From the NCBI GenBank assembly GCA_017654855.1, contig CM030333.1:2914001-2978000 (forward strand): a stretch of DNA of 64,000 nt, written 5' to 3'. The position numbers and the translations under genes were made by a program. This stretch comes from Podospora anserina (taxonomy: Eukaryota). Below, piece after piece: positions 34,713 through 47,025 of the stretch (its first letter is position 1; every line of letters begins with the position of its first letter). Under the pieces are notes generated by a model. It was given only the letters and a program-made list of their open reading frames with translations. It ran no database searches and was not told the DNA's origin.

Positions 34713-35364
34713 ATGGCCTCGATCCAATTTCAAGAAGAAGAAATCGACGACCTCATCTACCTCGCCCGTGTCGGTGACAAAGACGAGCTCTCCACTCTCC
34801 TCTCAGGAATCATTGCCCGCCAGACCACCGACAGGATACCCACTCCCGCCGACGTTCTCGCCCAGGCGGTAGACGAGAGCAGCAAGAACACAACCCTGCA
34901 CATGGCCAGCGCCAACGGTCATGTTGGTGAGTTGAATTCTCTCATCCTATCCACTATTTTCTTACATGAAACTAAAATAATTTTTGTCAGAAATCGTCGA
35001 GTACATCCTCTCCCGGTTTCCAACCACCGACAAGGATCAAAAACAAGCCTTCCTCGACGCCACAAATGAGTTCGGCAACACAGCCCTCCACTGGGCAGCT
35101 CTCAACGGCCACCTCCCAATCGTGAAGCTCCTCGTTGAAAACGGTGCGTCTGTTGCGTTGGCCAATGACAAGAACTACATCCCTCTTGACCTGGCGAGCT
35201 TCAGCGAGAAGATCGATGTGGTGGATTACTTCCTCAAGGAGGTGCGTGAGATGGAGGCTGAGAATGCAAAGGAGGGTCTTGGGGAGGCTGTGGCGGATGT
35301 AAAGGTAGAAGACGGTGAGGAGAATGAGGGCTCTTCAAAAGGAAAGGAGAAGGAGTCAAGCTGA
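34713..35364 (+). CDS. YAR1: Ankyrin-repeat protein, Yar1-like
   Basis: EIDDLIYLARVGD, LHMASANGH, GNTALHWAALNGH and an acidic tail; intron 34928-34990. Confidence 0.8.
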
Positions 35365-35457
35365 GAGGAACGACGAATGATACCAAAAGAAGAAAAAAAT
35401 GACATGAACTGAGAACTGCTCTTTGATTTGTTTTGTTATTGCTGTGATGTACCCGCC

Positions 35458-36265
35458 TTACTCTGGCTTCAGAGCATACATCCTAACTGGCAACAACCCG
35501 CTACTCTGAAATCCCTTCTGCAGCTCAACCTGCACGAGCTTCAACTTGGCCTCCTTGAAGATGCGTCTAAACGTCGCGTCCTCCCTGGGGTGTTCTTCTG
35601 TTAGCAGCAACATCCCTCCCACTCCCCCAAAAAAACACACACAAACATACCTCGTAACACTACTATCCACCTCATCAAAATCATCCTTCCCACTTGTACT
35701 ATTATTCTCCTTCACAACAATAAACCCCCCCTTTCCCACATCCAACGCAGCTTTGCACCGCTCCAGAAAGCTCACCAGCTGGTGATCTGTCAAATGCCCC
35801 ACGCACCACTGGATCCATATCAAGTCATACCTCTCCCCTCCATCTTGCATCTCCCACTGCTCCAACCCCATATTCCACACTTTACCCACCCCCGTCTTCC
35901 CCTTGAGCTCATCGGTGAACTTCTGAATCGGCTCAATGACGTCGACTTGCTGGGCGATGCCATCGAGGAGCAACCCCGTCGTCACACGGCCTATTCTATC
36001 GGGATGTTGTCAGTGAGTATGAATTGATGGGAGACAAGGTGAAAACAAACCCAGCGCCCCCCTCCAACGCCCTCTCCACCTTCCTCTTCTTCGCGCCAAC
36101 ACCAAGCTTAGCCAAGAAATTTTTTGAGCCTTGGATATCGACTTTGCTGATGTGGGGAAACCCGCCCAACATGCCGTTCACATCTGGGGCAATAGACTCC
36201 CAATAGGCGAGGCCGTCGGTGGTGTTGATGAGGGCGTCTGCTGATTGTTGGTCCTGATTCGACAT
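35458..36265 (-). CDS. TAE1: Alpha-N-terminal protein methyltransferase (NTMT1/Tae1), 3 exons
   Basis: GMLGGF, ALEGGAG|IGRVT, IWIQWCVGHLTD, KENN, DSSVTR and PVRMYAL. Confidence 0.9.
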
Positions 36266-36864
36266 CTTGGTGGGTCCGAGCTGTTCGAGAAGAGGTGACG
36301 AAAAGAAGCAAACCTGATCTATTAAAAGTTCTGCTGAATACCGTGAATACTAGCGTGAGATACTGAGAGATAATGAGGGTGGGTCTCTCAGACTTTTGTT
36401 GTCGTTGTCAAAAGTTTACTCTGATGCAGTTTCAGTTGGGCAGGTGGTGATGAAAATTACATCGATGAGACGATGCGAATGTGAAATATTACGCGTAATT
36501 TATACGGTGTCACGTGCCTAGTGAACGAAAAGACTCAGGGAGAGAGGGTTAGGGTACAAACATTGGATGTCAGGAACAATAAGAATCGGACACAAAAAGA
36601 AGAGAAGGACATGGAATATAAGAAACATTAGGGACCCACAATGGTAGTGAATGGTTCGGAGATCTTTTCCGGTGGCTCGCCGCTGTTATTCAAGGTTTGT
36701 TGGCCGTCATTTGAACCTGCTGACCTTGGTATTTCTTATCTCATAAGCTGGCTAGACTCATACTCCTTTGGCTTTGGCTATGGCCTCAAAGTGATTCACC
36801 CCGAAAGTCAAAAATGAAGCTGGGTAAACCACAACCACGTGGCTCAAAAAGGGGCAAAAGATAT

Positions 36865-36952
36865 TCCCCTCGACCGGAATCGAGCCGGTGACCTTTCGGT
36901 ATCAATAAATTCCTTTACAGCCGAACGTGATAGCCAACTACACCACAAGGGG
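36865..36952 (-). tRNA. tRNA-Tyr(GTA) with about 14-nt intron
   Basis: Acceptor stem CCCCTTG/CGAGGGG, anticodon arm TTCGG-CTGTAA[intron]A-CCGAA, T-stem ACCGG/CCGGT, and downstream T4/T5 Pol III terminators. Confidence 0.92.
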
Positions 36953-37090
36953 TTTCCTGGTTGTTGATGGGGAAGGCCAAAGTGGCACCTATGTGGGGAC
37001 CAACCACCGTCGACTGGCTTATCTCCAAGAGACACCAACAACACCACTTGCACTTGAGGCAGCGAAAGCCAGCTGCAGGTTCCCGTATCA

Positions 37091-38794
37091 CTAGTCCGCG
37101 TGCATTCTCGCGCAGAGATTGTCATCCAGCCAGGTACTCAGATCCCCATAACTGTCCACGGCCTGTATCTCAGCTTTGATGTTCAACATCAGCATGCGCT
37201 GTAGTTCCTGTGCATGTTCCAACCCGCCGCCGGAGGGCAGCTCGACAGAGGAAATGGCCCTCAGGATATCGCCAGCTTTCTTTCGGTCCCTCAAAGTGAG
37301 AGAGGACACTTTGTCGCTTGGATTTTGAAAATCTGACAGCCTGGGTCTTTTGGCCGGCCGCTGATGATCGGAGTCTGGCGCGAGTAGGTTAATAACTGTC
37401 ACGAAACAGAAAGAAGGGGACCTGCTCACTTTCCACCAATTGAGGAGATCCCCCGCCTGTGGTTCCATGTAATTCTTGGTCCTCCTCATCGTCAACTGCT
37501 GGACTTTGCCATGAAGAGAGGAGATCGCGACTCTTAATCCCAAGCCAGCAGAGCGAGGGGACAGTTGCCTCGTTCTCATGCTCTAGGCGTCTACTGCCAT
37601 TCTGGTATGTTCTGACAATGGAAATACCGTCAGGGTCAAAGTCTGCGAGACCAAAAATCACTAGACTCGGCCGCATGGAATGTACAACAGACAAGAACCT
37701 TCGGGTGGCCAAGTCAGGGAATCCTTTGGCCTGGCAGACAGAGAACTTAGTTATGAACACATCATCTGTAATATTGAAGCCATACCGTGATGAGGATTCC
37801 GTGACCTGCTCGGGAGTTCTTTGCATATTGAGCTGCAGCAAGAGTTCGGAAAGTTGCCTTGATCCCATGTCAGCCGGGCCATTTAAGCGCGATAGTCTCA
37901 GCTGACCTCTTTCTCAATCACCAAAATCCACTGCACCTCATGAAAGCCAATGCTCCGGATCTCGCTTGTGGATGGCAAAAGAATACCCTACGACCATCAG
38001 CATACAACCCTTGTGTTTGATCGTCTCAGGTAATGTCTCACGGTACTATGAGAGAGCCCACAGTCAATGACGGAACCGTCTCGACTGATCAACATGAAGG
38101 GGCCTGAAATAAGGCCTTTGGCTGTCGCAACCTATGATCGTTCCAGTCAGAAATTTCACTCAATGAGAAGTAACAGATGCCTATTTACAATGTTCAAATC
38201 GCCTCGGCCGACACCGAGGGTGAAAGCAAGATTGTCCACCATGACATCAACTGCAGCTTGTGAGCCGAAAAGATCTGGACTTTGGTAGTATATGTTTCTG
38301 ATTACTCAGGTGAGTGAGCCAACATCCCAGTCTTGGAGGTAGGTCCTCACAAACAGACCTCTTGGTGATCAACATTCCCGACAGTAAAGCCTCGTGGGAA
38401 AGCTCAATGATGCATAGTAAGGCTTCTATCCACAGAACCAATTAGATGAAATCGCTCGATACGCCCCGGTTCACTAACCAAATTTCTTCGCTTCCTGGAT
38501 GGTACGACCTGGGAATCTCACCACACCAGCTTGGCGCGCCGCTGGCGGGCCTTGTGAGCGCCCGGGGCGTGATGCTCGGACAGTTCTGTAGGGAATCAGG
38601 ATTTCGTTTCCGGTCGTGACAGCATCAACAATTGCTTCGAGAAGCGACTCGATTCGGTCGAGGGCACCGTTGCCAGCGACAGCGACGACATTGACCGCGT
38701 CGTAGTTGACAGAAGAGGCACCAGATGAATCTTGGCTGTGAGTACCAGTGCCTTGAGAATACCCCTCAGTTGAATTTGTCGATATTTCGTCCAT
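37091..38794 (-). CDS. SPO11: Meiotic double-strand-break transesterase Spo11, 8 exons
   Basis: Spliced motifs TKR|NIYYQ (catalytic Tyr), LVIEKE|ATF, LIT|AKGFPDLATRRFL, LADFDPDG and KAEIQ; seven GT..AG introns keep the frame. Confidence 0.92.
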
Positions 38795-39256
38795 GGTGAT
38801 CGGGTTGGCGCCGACTTACACCAACATCTGACAGATGATGCACAAGTCGCTTGCTTCTGCACTGGGGAAATACCCAGGCTTTTCGGCTCCTTCCCATTCT
38901 TACTTGCAATTACGGTAGTACTGCAATTGTTGCCAGCCCAGTGTTCCTTCCTCGTCGAGTTGACCTGATCACACACTGATCTGGCAGTGCTCCTTCCCAA
39001 TGTCATCGGAAAGATTCCGACATGGATGAGGTCTCTCTCACATGCACTTTGGTGGGCCCGTGCGTCACTGCCAGCTTGACGGGTGGATCCCGTTGCTGCA
39101 GCCCCTGAAATTCAACGGACGACGGGTGATCGCTGTGGCCCGATTGGCGAATCCAAGACAGCTCAGTCCACGGCCAAAATGTTTGCTGGCTCTTAAAACC
39201 AACTGTTCCTCCGCTCTTTCGTGGTACGGCACCATAATTTCGTATAGCTCGTCACG

Positions 39257-41647
39257 ATGGGAAAGAAGGATGCTGCGGGAGTGTCCTCGGACACTCAACC
39301 TCTCCTCGAGAAGTCCTCCACCAAGAAGCGCCTGAGCTTCGACCTCACCGACCATGTCGCAAAACGCCAAAGAATCGAAGAGCGAACTGACCATACACGA
39401 TGGCGCATGCGCGACGACAAAGGACGCCAATCATGGGTGTATCTCGAGGACGACCAAGCTCTTAAAGATTGGCCCCAGAGCTTTGCTGACAAGTACTTTC
39501 TTGGCCTTCCTGTGGTACGTTCTTCTAGGCTTTTCAGGGCTTTACCATGGTCGAAACACTGCTCGAAACACTACTAACAATGTCTTAAAGAATGCCCCCG
39601 ATCTCCCAAAGCCGACGAACCCTCTCGATGCGGTCCGAAACGGTCTCGAATTCTTCGAAAAGCTCCAACTGCCCAGCGGTCACTGGGGCTGCGAATATGG
39701 CGGTCCCATGTTCCTGCTACCGTGCATCGTTATTGCTTGGTATGTCACCAAGACGCCAATTCCCTGGTATTACGCGACCGAGATCAAGAACTATTTGTTT
39801 GCGCGCGCCAATCCCGAAGACGGTGGCTGGGGTCTGCATATCGAGGGCGAGACATCAGTCTTTGGAACATCGCTCAACTACACTGTCCTGCGGATTGTAG
39901 GTGTTGATGCCGACCACCCGGTGATGGTCAAGGCTCGCGCCACTCTGCACAAGATGGGAGGAGCGACACATGCCCCCCACTGGGCCAAGTGGTGGTTGGC
40001 CGTGATGGGAGTTGCCCAGTGGGATATCGTTAACCCAACACCCCCCGAGTTGTGGCTTCTCCCAGACTGGGTCCCTATTGCCCCTTGGAGATGGTGGATC
40101 CACATTCGCCAAGTGTTTCTGCCCATGAGCTATCTGTGGTCCAAGAGGTGGCAGGCTGAGGAAACGGCACTGATCCGCTCCCTTCGGCAAGAGTTGTTTG
40201 TGGAGGACTGGGCCAAGATCAATTGGGCTTCGCACCGCAACACCATCAACCCCAGGGACAACTACCATCCTAAGACGTGGGTGCTCAACACGGTAAACTG
40301 GTGTCTTGTCAATATCTGGAACCCAGTTTTGCGGACACAGGCGATTGCTAAAAAGGGCGAGGAGTGGGCCATGAAGCTCATCGAGATGGAGAATGAGAAC
40401 ACCGACCATGCTGATTTGGCCACGGTGTCAGGGCCCATGAACACGGTGTGCCTTTATGTCAAAGAGGGACCCGATTCCTATGCTGTGCGCAGGCATCGCG
40501 AGAGAGCCCATGAGTTCCTCTGGATGAAGGACGAGGGTTTGCTTGCCAATGGCACCAACGGTGTTCAGTGTTGGGATACTGCCTTTGCCATTCAGGCTGT
40601 GATGGATGCTGGTTTAACCGAGGATCCCCGTTGGCGGCCAATGCTGATGAAGGCGCTCGAGTTCTTGGATGATCAACAGATTCGCGAAAATGTCAAGGAC
40701 CAGGACAAATGCTATCGCCAGCAACGCAAAGGCGGATGGGCCTTTAGCAACAAGGATCAAGGCTATGCTGTCAGCGACTGTGTTTCGGAAGCTCTCAAGT
40801 CTGTCATCATTCTCCAGAAGACTCCAGGTTTCCCAACCCTCATTGATGATCGGAGAATCTTTGACGCCATTGACACTCTTCTGACATACCAGAATCCTTC
40901 TGGCGGATGCTCGTCATATGAGCCCCCTCGCGCGGGTACTTGGATGGAGGTATTGAACGCTGCTGAGGTGTTTGGCAACATCATGGTCGAGTATGAGTAT
41001 CCCGAGTGCACAACTGCGGTGGTCACGGCTTTGTCCCTCTTCCGCAAGCACTGGCCGGAATACAGAACCAAAGAGATCGAGCGCTTCATCGAGCGCGCCG
41101 TAAAGTGGATCAAGACTGCCCAGAAGCCACATGGTGGGTGGTATGGGAGCTGGGGTATTTGCTTTACTTATGCCACCATGTTTGCCCTTGAGAGTTTGGC
41201 CAGCATTGGTGAGACATATAAGAACAGCGATTATGCCAAAAGGGGCTGTGACTTTTTGATCTCCAAACAGAGAGAGGACGGTGGTTGGTCTGAACATTAC
41301 AGGGTATGTTCTGCTTTTCCATTTTGTCACAATTGCAGGATGCTAACATGATGCAGGCATGTGAGACGGGCGAGTACATTGAGCATCCTTCAGGATCGCA
41401 AGTTGTCATGACTGCCTGGGCGGTAATTGCTCTCATGAAGGCAGACTACCCAAATCTTGAACACATCAAGAAAGGTATCAAGCTGATCATGGACCGCCAA
41501 CAAAGCAATGGCGAGTGGCTTCAAGAAGCCATTGAGGGTGTCTTCAATAAGAGCTGCATGATTTCGTACCCCAACTACAAGTTTACCTTCACCCTGAAGG
41601 CTCTGGGCATGTTTGCTCGCAAGTACCCGAACGAAACTGTGGTTTGA
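39257..41647 (+). CDS. ERG7: Lanosterol synthase (oxidosqualene cyclase)
   Basis: GHWGCEYGGPMFL, DGGWGLHIEG, GTNGVQCWD, VSDCVSE, WYGSWGICFTY and QW repeats; introns near 39515-39590 and 41304-41357. Confidence 0.95.
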
Positions 41648-42229
41648 GGACGATGGGTCAGAGAAAGAAAAAGATGATGACATGAGGCAAGATGGCAAAA
41701 GCATATGATGATGGTTTGGAGACATTCGATAATGCTTTATACGTAATACTTAATTCATTTATTCCCCTTTCAGTCTTCATACAATTTCATTTCCCCCCTT
41801 TCAGTGCCACCACTTGGTGATGTTACTGTTGAGGAAGGCGGTGAAACCATTGCTCGTCATGGACCCCACTTCTGCAGGCATCCGCAGGTGGCAGAATTAG
41901 GTTGGCTGCAGGCTGACCCAAGCTTGTTGGTGTGGTACCCCGCCAAAGCTTCCCCTGGTCAGAAGCTCTCTTGGGCTTCTTCTTTACAGTTCGACAAGTA
42001 TCTTTGGGCCAACCAGCTTTACACTTCTCATTCAAAGTTCCAGCTTCACTTTGTCTGTCACTTACAAAGATCCCTTCAACTACTTGTCTATAACAACCTA
42101 TCTCCGCCTCCGTTGATATCTTCTCATCCATCCATCACCCTCTCCCCAGCTGCCATCATCGCCAAGACGGAACTAGATAGGTACCTACCCGATCGACCCG
42201 TTCCGACCTCCCGGCAACTTCTCACCAGG

Positions 42230-43688
42230 ATGGCGGCTACATCGTATGCCTACCGTGGCCTCGAGGCCGTCGAAAAGAAAGATTGGGCCGCTGCCGTTCC
42301 CCTTCTCGACAAGGCGCTGGAGGGTTCAAACTCCCCTCTTTGGCTGTTGGCCCGCTCGCACGCCCACCTCGAACTTAAGAACTATGAGGATGCCCTCCGC
42401 GATGCCGAACTTGCGTACCACGTTGCTGCCGAGAGAGGATCTGGGAGAAAGCAAATGATCGACGCCCAGTATCGCCGTGCTACCATTTACCACAGACTTA
42501 AGCAATATGCCGACTCGGACTGCTGTGCCAAATGGAGCATGCTCTTGGCAGAGGGTCGCCCAGCTCGTGAGGATGACGGGGTTGAGAAGAACGTTGATGC
42601 CGACGGGTACTACACGGTTACATACGAGGATGCGGTTGCCGATAACGCGAACCAGCCGGATTACTCCATGAGGGAGAGCTTGAAAGATCCAGGCGTGAAA
42701 GACCCAAATGCAAAGACGATCAAGACTGGGTTTGAGTCACAGTGGAAACGAGCGTATACGTGGAGAACTGTCGTTTTGGGGATTCTAAAGAGGCTGCCGA
42801 AGAATGACCCAGGGCGCAAAGTCCATGTTTCCAAGATACCACCAAAGCCAGAGCTGAAGAAGGTCGAGAAGAAGGCCGAGCCTCTGGTTGTGGAGCTGGA
42901 CAGCGAGGATGAGAAGCCGGTTGCGAAGCCCAGCGAGCCTGCGCCGGGAAGTGTACCCGATGAGAAGCTCAAGCTTCGTACCGACTTTTACCAGTCCAAC
43001 CAAAACGTAACAGTTTCACTGTTTGTCAAGGGTACGAAGAAGGAAGAGCTTAACGTCAAGTTCTCGAAGAACCAGGTATGCCAATCTGAACTTGGGCACA
43101 TGCTGATCGGCTACTAACGGGCTGCAGGTTCAAATATCACCAATTGCTCGCGCCGCGGCCCCATACGTAAAGCCTGGCGACCGCGAGGCTTCCTCGACCT
43201 TGCACCTGAGCGGCGAGATCAATCCCGCTGGTTCTCGTTGGACCGCCACCCCATCGAAGATTGAGCTCGTTTTGCAGAAAGCTACACCAGGGAAGTGGGG
43301 CTCGTGGGGCAAAGAGGAAATCGGCATCGTAGAGAATGCGGATCAAGAAGAGGATATTGAAGAGGTCACCCCTTCTTCATCCAACCAGGCTTCGGCTCCT
43401 GCTGTCAAGCCTGCCGCTGCTCCAGCCTACCCCACCAGCAGCCGGACCGGACCTAAGAACTGGGACAAGCTGGAGGAGCTGGAAGGGGTCGAGGACACTG
43501 AGAGCGATGTCAATGCCTTCTTCAAGAAGCTTTACAAGGACGCCTCCCCTGAGCAGCAACGCGCCATGATGAAGAGTTTTACTGAGAGTAATGGGACAGC
43601 TCTCAGCACGGACTGGAGCGATGTGAAGGGGAGGAAGGTGGAGACGGTGCCGCCTGAGGGTGTCGAGGTCAAGAAGTGGGATAGCTGA
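42230..43688 (+). CDS. SGT1: SGT1 co-chaperone (TPR-like, CS and SGS domains)
   Basis: RTDFYQS (CS), YPTSSRTGPKNWD, FFKKLY and RAMMKSFTESNGTALSTDW (SGS); intron 43076-43127. Confidence 0.92.
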
Positions 43689-44302
43689 AGGTGGTCCCGA
43701 GGTTGGGATTTATTCTCTTGAGAAGTGGGACCGGTTGGAAGGTTAATGGCAGTGATAGCGACGTGAACTTTTGTATCATGTTTTATTAGAGTGGTGGATA
43801 GGGGATGATGGCGTTGTGTTAGGCGCTGGCGTTGGAGTGTTTACAAAAGCGAAGCAAACTGGGCTGGTAGTAATGAGGAATATTTTTTACTTTGATCGTG
43901 CAATGTGAAGGGATGGTTCAGAGATGAGACAAGTCGGTCTTGGACGCTCTTTGGAATGTGAACCAGGATATTTATACATTTGAGGGGTATTCCCAACAGG
44001 AAGGATGGCTCTTGGATTTGGAAGGAGCGTCAAGAGGCCACTTATAGGCCTCGAGGGTAGCTCATGGGACATATTGCACGTTGAGAAGGCGTAGAACACT
44101 TGAACAATGTTCCAAGATACCAAGATCTAAATATATCTGCGACAGTGCCCATCTTACCAAGTGAGCTCAGTCTTTTGCAAGAAGAAACAAACCTGGGCGT
44201 GTCGTGAGATATTCATCATCTAGGTAGGCTAATTACAATTCTATGTTCTAAAAAAAGGGGGTATAATCAAGTATTCGCCCGCTCATGCATCATGCTCATG
44301 GT

Positions 44303-45980
44303 CTAATCAACACGATCCTTACTTGTCGATCGGCAGCTGTTTGCGCCCTCAGCCGCGACCGGCGTCGACGGCCGCAAACTTGTCCCCTCCACATCATCCA
44401 GCCGGGTGACGCTCATATCCGGACGTACCCTGAAAGTCTGACCCCTCCAATTCACCGTGGCTCCAAGAAGGACAGCCCAGGTCCAGATGGGAAATGCCAG
44501 AAACTCTCTCCCCAGCCAAGCGGCAAACCAAGTCAAAAACGGCTTCTTCTTGATTCCTCCTGTTCGCGTCGAGCCCAGGGCAAAAGCCGGCGTGTTTTCA
44601 TCCACATCAACACTCTGCAGCTTATGCAGCTTGGCACTCAGCAATCTATCCACGACCATCCAGACAGTGACGGCCGAGATCCAAATGGTACCAAACGCTT
44701 TCCAAGTAGGAGGTATTCCAAAAAAAGAGCGGAACCAAGGCAATGTCGTGAAGGCAAAGGCCATGTGGAGGCACCCGATCAGAGATTCCACACCTGGCTC
44801 CACAAGCGTGGCCGTTAACACGGTCCACTTCCGTACTCGAAGCCATCGTACACGGCGAGCAATGTAAGCGGCAACAGTCATGCCCGACATGGGCTGAATA
44901 GCTACCTCGCCGTGGACGAGCCCGTGGTTCTTGAAGCCTGGGATCTTCGACTTGAAAATCAGATCGCCAATCAGGTGGTCCTCGCAGATGTAGGACGAGA
45001 AATAGTCGACACCCCGCCCACGAGCAGCATCGGCGGGGGGAATGAGGGGGTTTCGAGCGGGGTCGGTCAGGCGTTCCAAGTGAGACTTGCGAAACATGTT
45101 GCTCTTGCCAACGACACAGGGGGCGATACCAACTGTATTGATGGCGCTGTAGAATTTTGCGTGGGTGGTTGCCATGAACATCTCTTCGAGCCTGCCGCCA
45201 TAGTCAAGGAGGCTCTTTGGCGCGCTGGTGTTGATAGGCCCCGACAGAAGTGCCTGTTCCTCTTCTGTCGCTGTCTTTGGCGTCTCGAGATCAATAACGA
45301 GAGGTAGTTGGTGGACAAACTTGTAGGGCTTGGTGCGAGTTCCATCGGGCAAGAAACCGTCCAGCTTGTCCACCATTCTTCCTGCCGAGTTGGCCCCAAG
45401 CCAAACATTACAGTCTGCTATCCAAATAATATCGCCCTTAGCCTCTCGGTATGCGCGGCTGATGTTGCGGATTTTGGGATTTGGCCCAAGCTTGTCAATG
45501 TGCCCGCCATCGCCATGCAAAACAGGATCTTGCTCCTCAACGAACACCTTGGCGTCAAAGTCAGGATAGGCAGCGACGACTTTCTGTAGAACCGGGTAGG
45601 CGGGATCTCTCGTCGAATCAACGCATAGGTAGATAGTGAGCTTCGACTTGGGGTAGGCAAGCTGGAAGGTTGACGCGAGACATTCGTAGAGGCCAGCCTC
45701 GGCGCCCTTTACCGGTCGAATGACGGTGATGTGCGGTACTTCATCTTTCTCGAGGGTTGGGGAGAAAGGTTTTGGGTGAGGAGCTGAGTTGTTTCGGAGG
45801 CTAAAGACACAAAGAGGTGGTCGTTAGTAAACACCGAAGACAGTACCATGGTGGGACGTCAAGGTCGTACATTTTGCAGATACCAATTCCTTGAACGGAA
45901 ACGATGATGCAGGTCCAAACGAAGCTGACCAAGGCCGCGCCCTGGACGATCATCGGCATTTGGTCATTGTGAGCAGGCAT
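44303..45980 (-). CDS. Ceramide glucosyltransferase (GT21 glucosylceramide synthase, HSX11/GCS1-like)
   Basis: N-terminal TM, IRPVKG, GPNPKIRN, VVGKSNMFR, CEDHLIG and RRVRWLRVRK; one intron near 45870-45801. Confidence 0.92.
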
Positions 45981-47025
45981 CGAGATAGAATAGCAACGCG
46001 CGCAGAAACTTAGGGGAAAAGGAAAGGATCGTGATCGTGATCGTGACTGTGATCAGCAGCTTTGCTGACGGAAGATTTCGGTGACACAGGATATAATAAA
46101 AACAGAGGCGCATGGCTGGCTGGCAACAAGTCGCATGTCAGAAGCTAAGTCCCCATGTGGGGCGTCGCTGCCCTCTCTGATCGACCCTCGCACCGCGAAG
46201 AGTAACCACGACACGCGATGTGATCAGTCATTGCAGGCATGGGCGCGGTAGGATGAGGGCATTTTGCGCATCTCCGGAGGCGCCGGAGACATTTTCTGGT
46301 AGATGACAAGTTCGAAAACAAAGATTCCGGCTGGGCCGTTGGATTTCTGATGACGGTGCTCGGCGGAGCTTCTTCAGAGCTCCAGTGAGAGCCCCCGTTA
46401 GGTTTTGGCGCAACGGCCGGGGGGCACCTGGAAGCTTGTTCCAGATGTTCCGATAAACTGCCGGCCGGCAACCTTGGAGTGACCCACACTTCCAGGGCAT
46501 GGCGAGTGCCTTTTCGCCTGACAAGTCAGGCCAAATGCAGAAAATTTCGGGAGCTTCAAAAGCTTCCCACAAGCTCTTGTCAGCTGCATCCCACTTTCCA
46601 CTTCCATTCCAACAACAAGTCGCACAATCGCAACATTTCTTTCCACCGGATGTGACAGAACACCCCGTGTGCGATATGTCAACTTGATATCTTTGTTTGC
46701 TGTCAGCAGATATCTTTTGGACCGCTGAATGGGCCACAATCTGTTTGTACCTCGCAAGAGTGAGTTAACACATCATTCCCTTTTCTTCGACTTCTACCGA
46801 TACCATTGCCCTCGAGTGAGGCCAATTGGTATCGCACACATTGCGATGATGACTACTTTGGAGCTTAGAGCAAATATCCTTCAGTGGATGCTCAATGTAT
46901 GCCCATGTATTAGACTACAACGGTATCTGAGCAATGTCGAGTCAAACAATTTTTGGGGGGATCATGCACAGCTGCCATCTTGACTGTATACTGACGTTTC
47001 CTAGCTCAGGTCGATATGAGTGACA

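Noticed and set aside
37375..37429. Apparent frameshift near the SPO11 3' end
   Set aside because: A 55-nt GTGAGC...CAG intron restores the frame.
40760..40795. ERG7 motif DCVSE instead of DCTAE, suggesting a specialised triterpene cyclase
   Set aside because: The catalytic Asp-Cys is intact, the context is housekeeping, and no tailoring genes are adjacent.
41804..42229. Long N-terminal extension of the SGT1 ORF
   Set aside because: It has a GTG start and promoter/UTR-like sequence; the first ATG at 42230 fits better.
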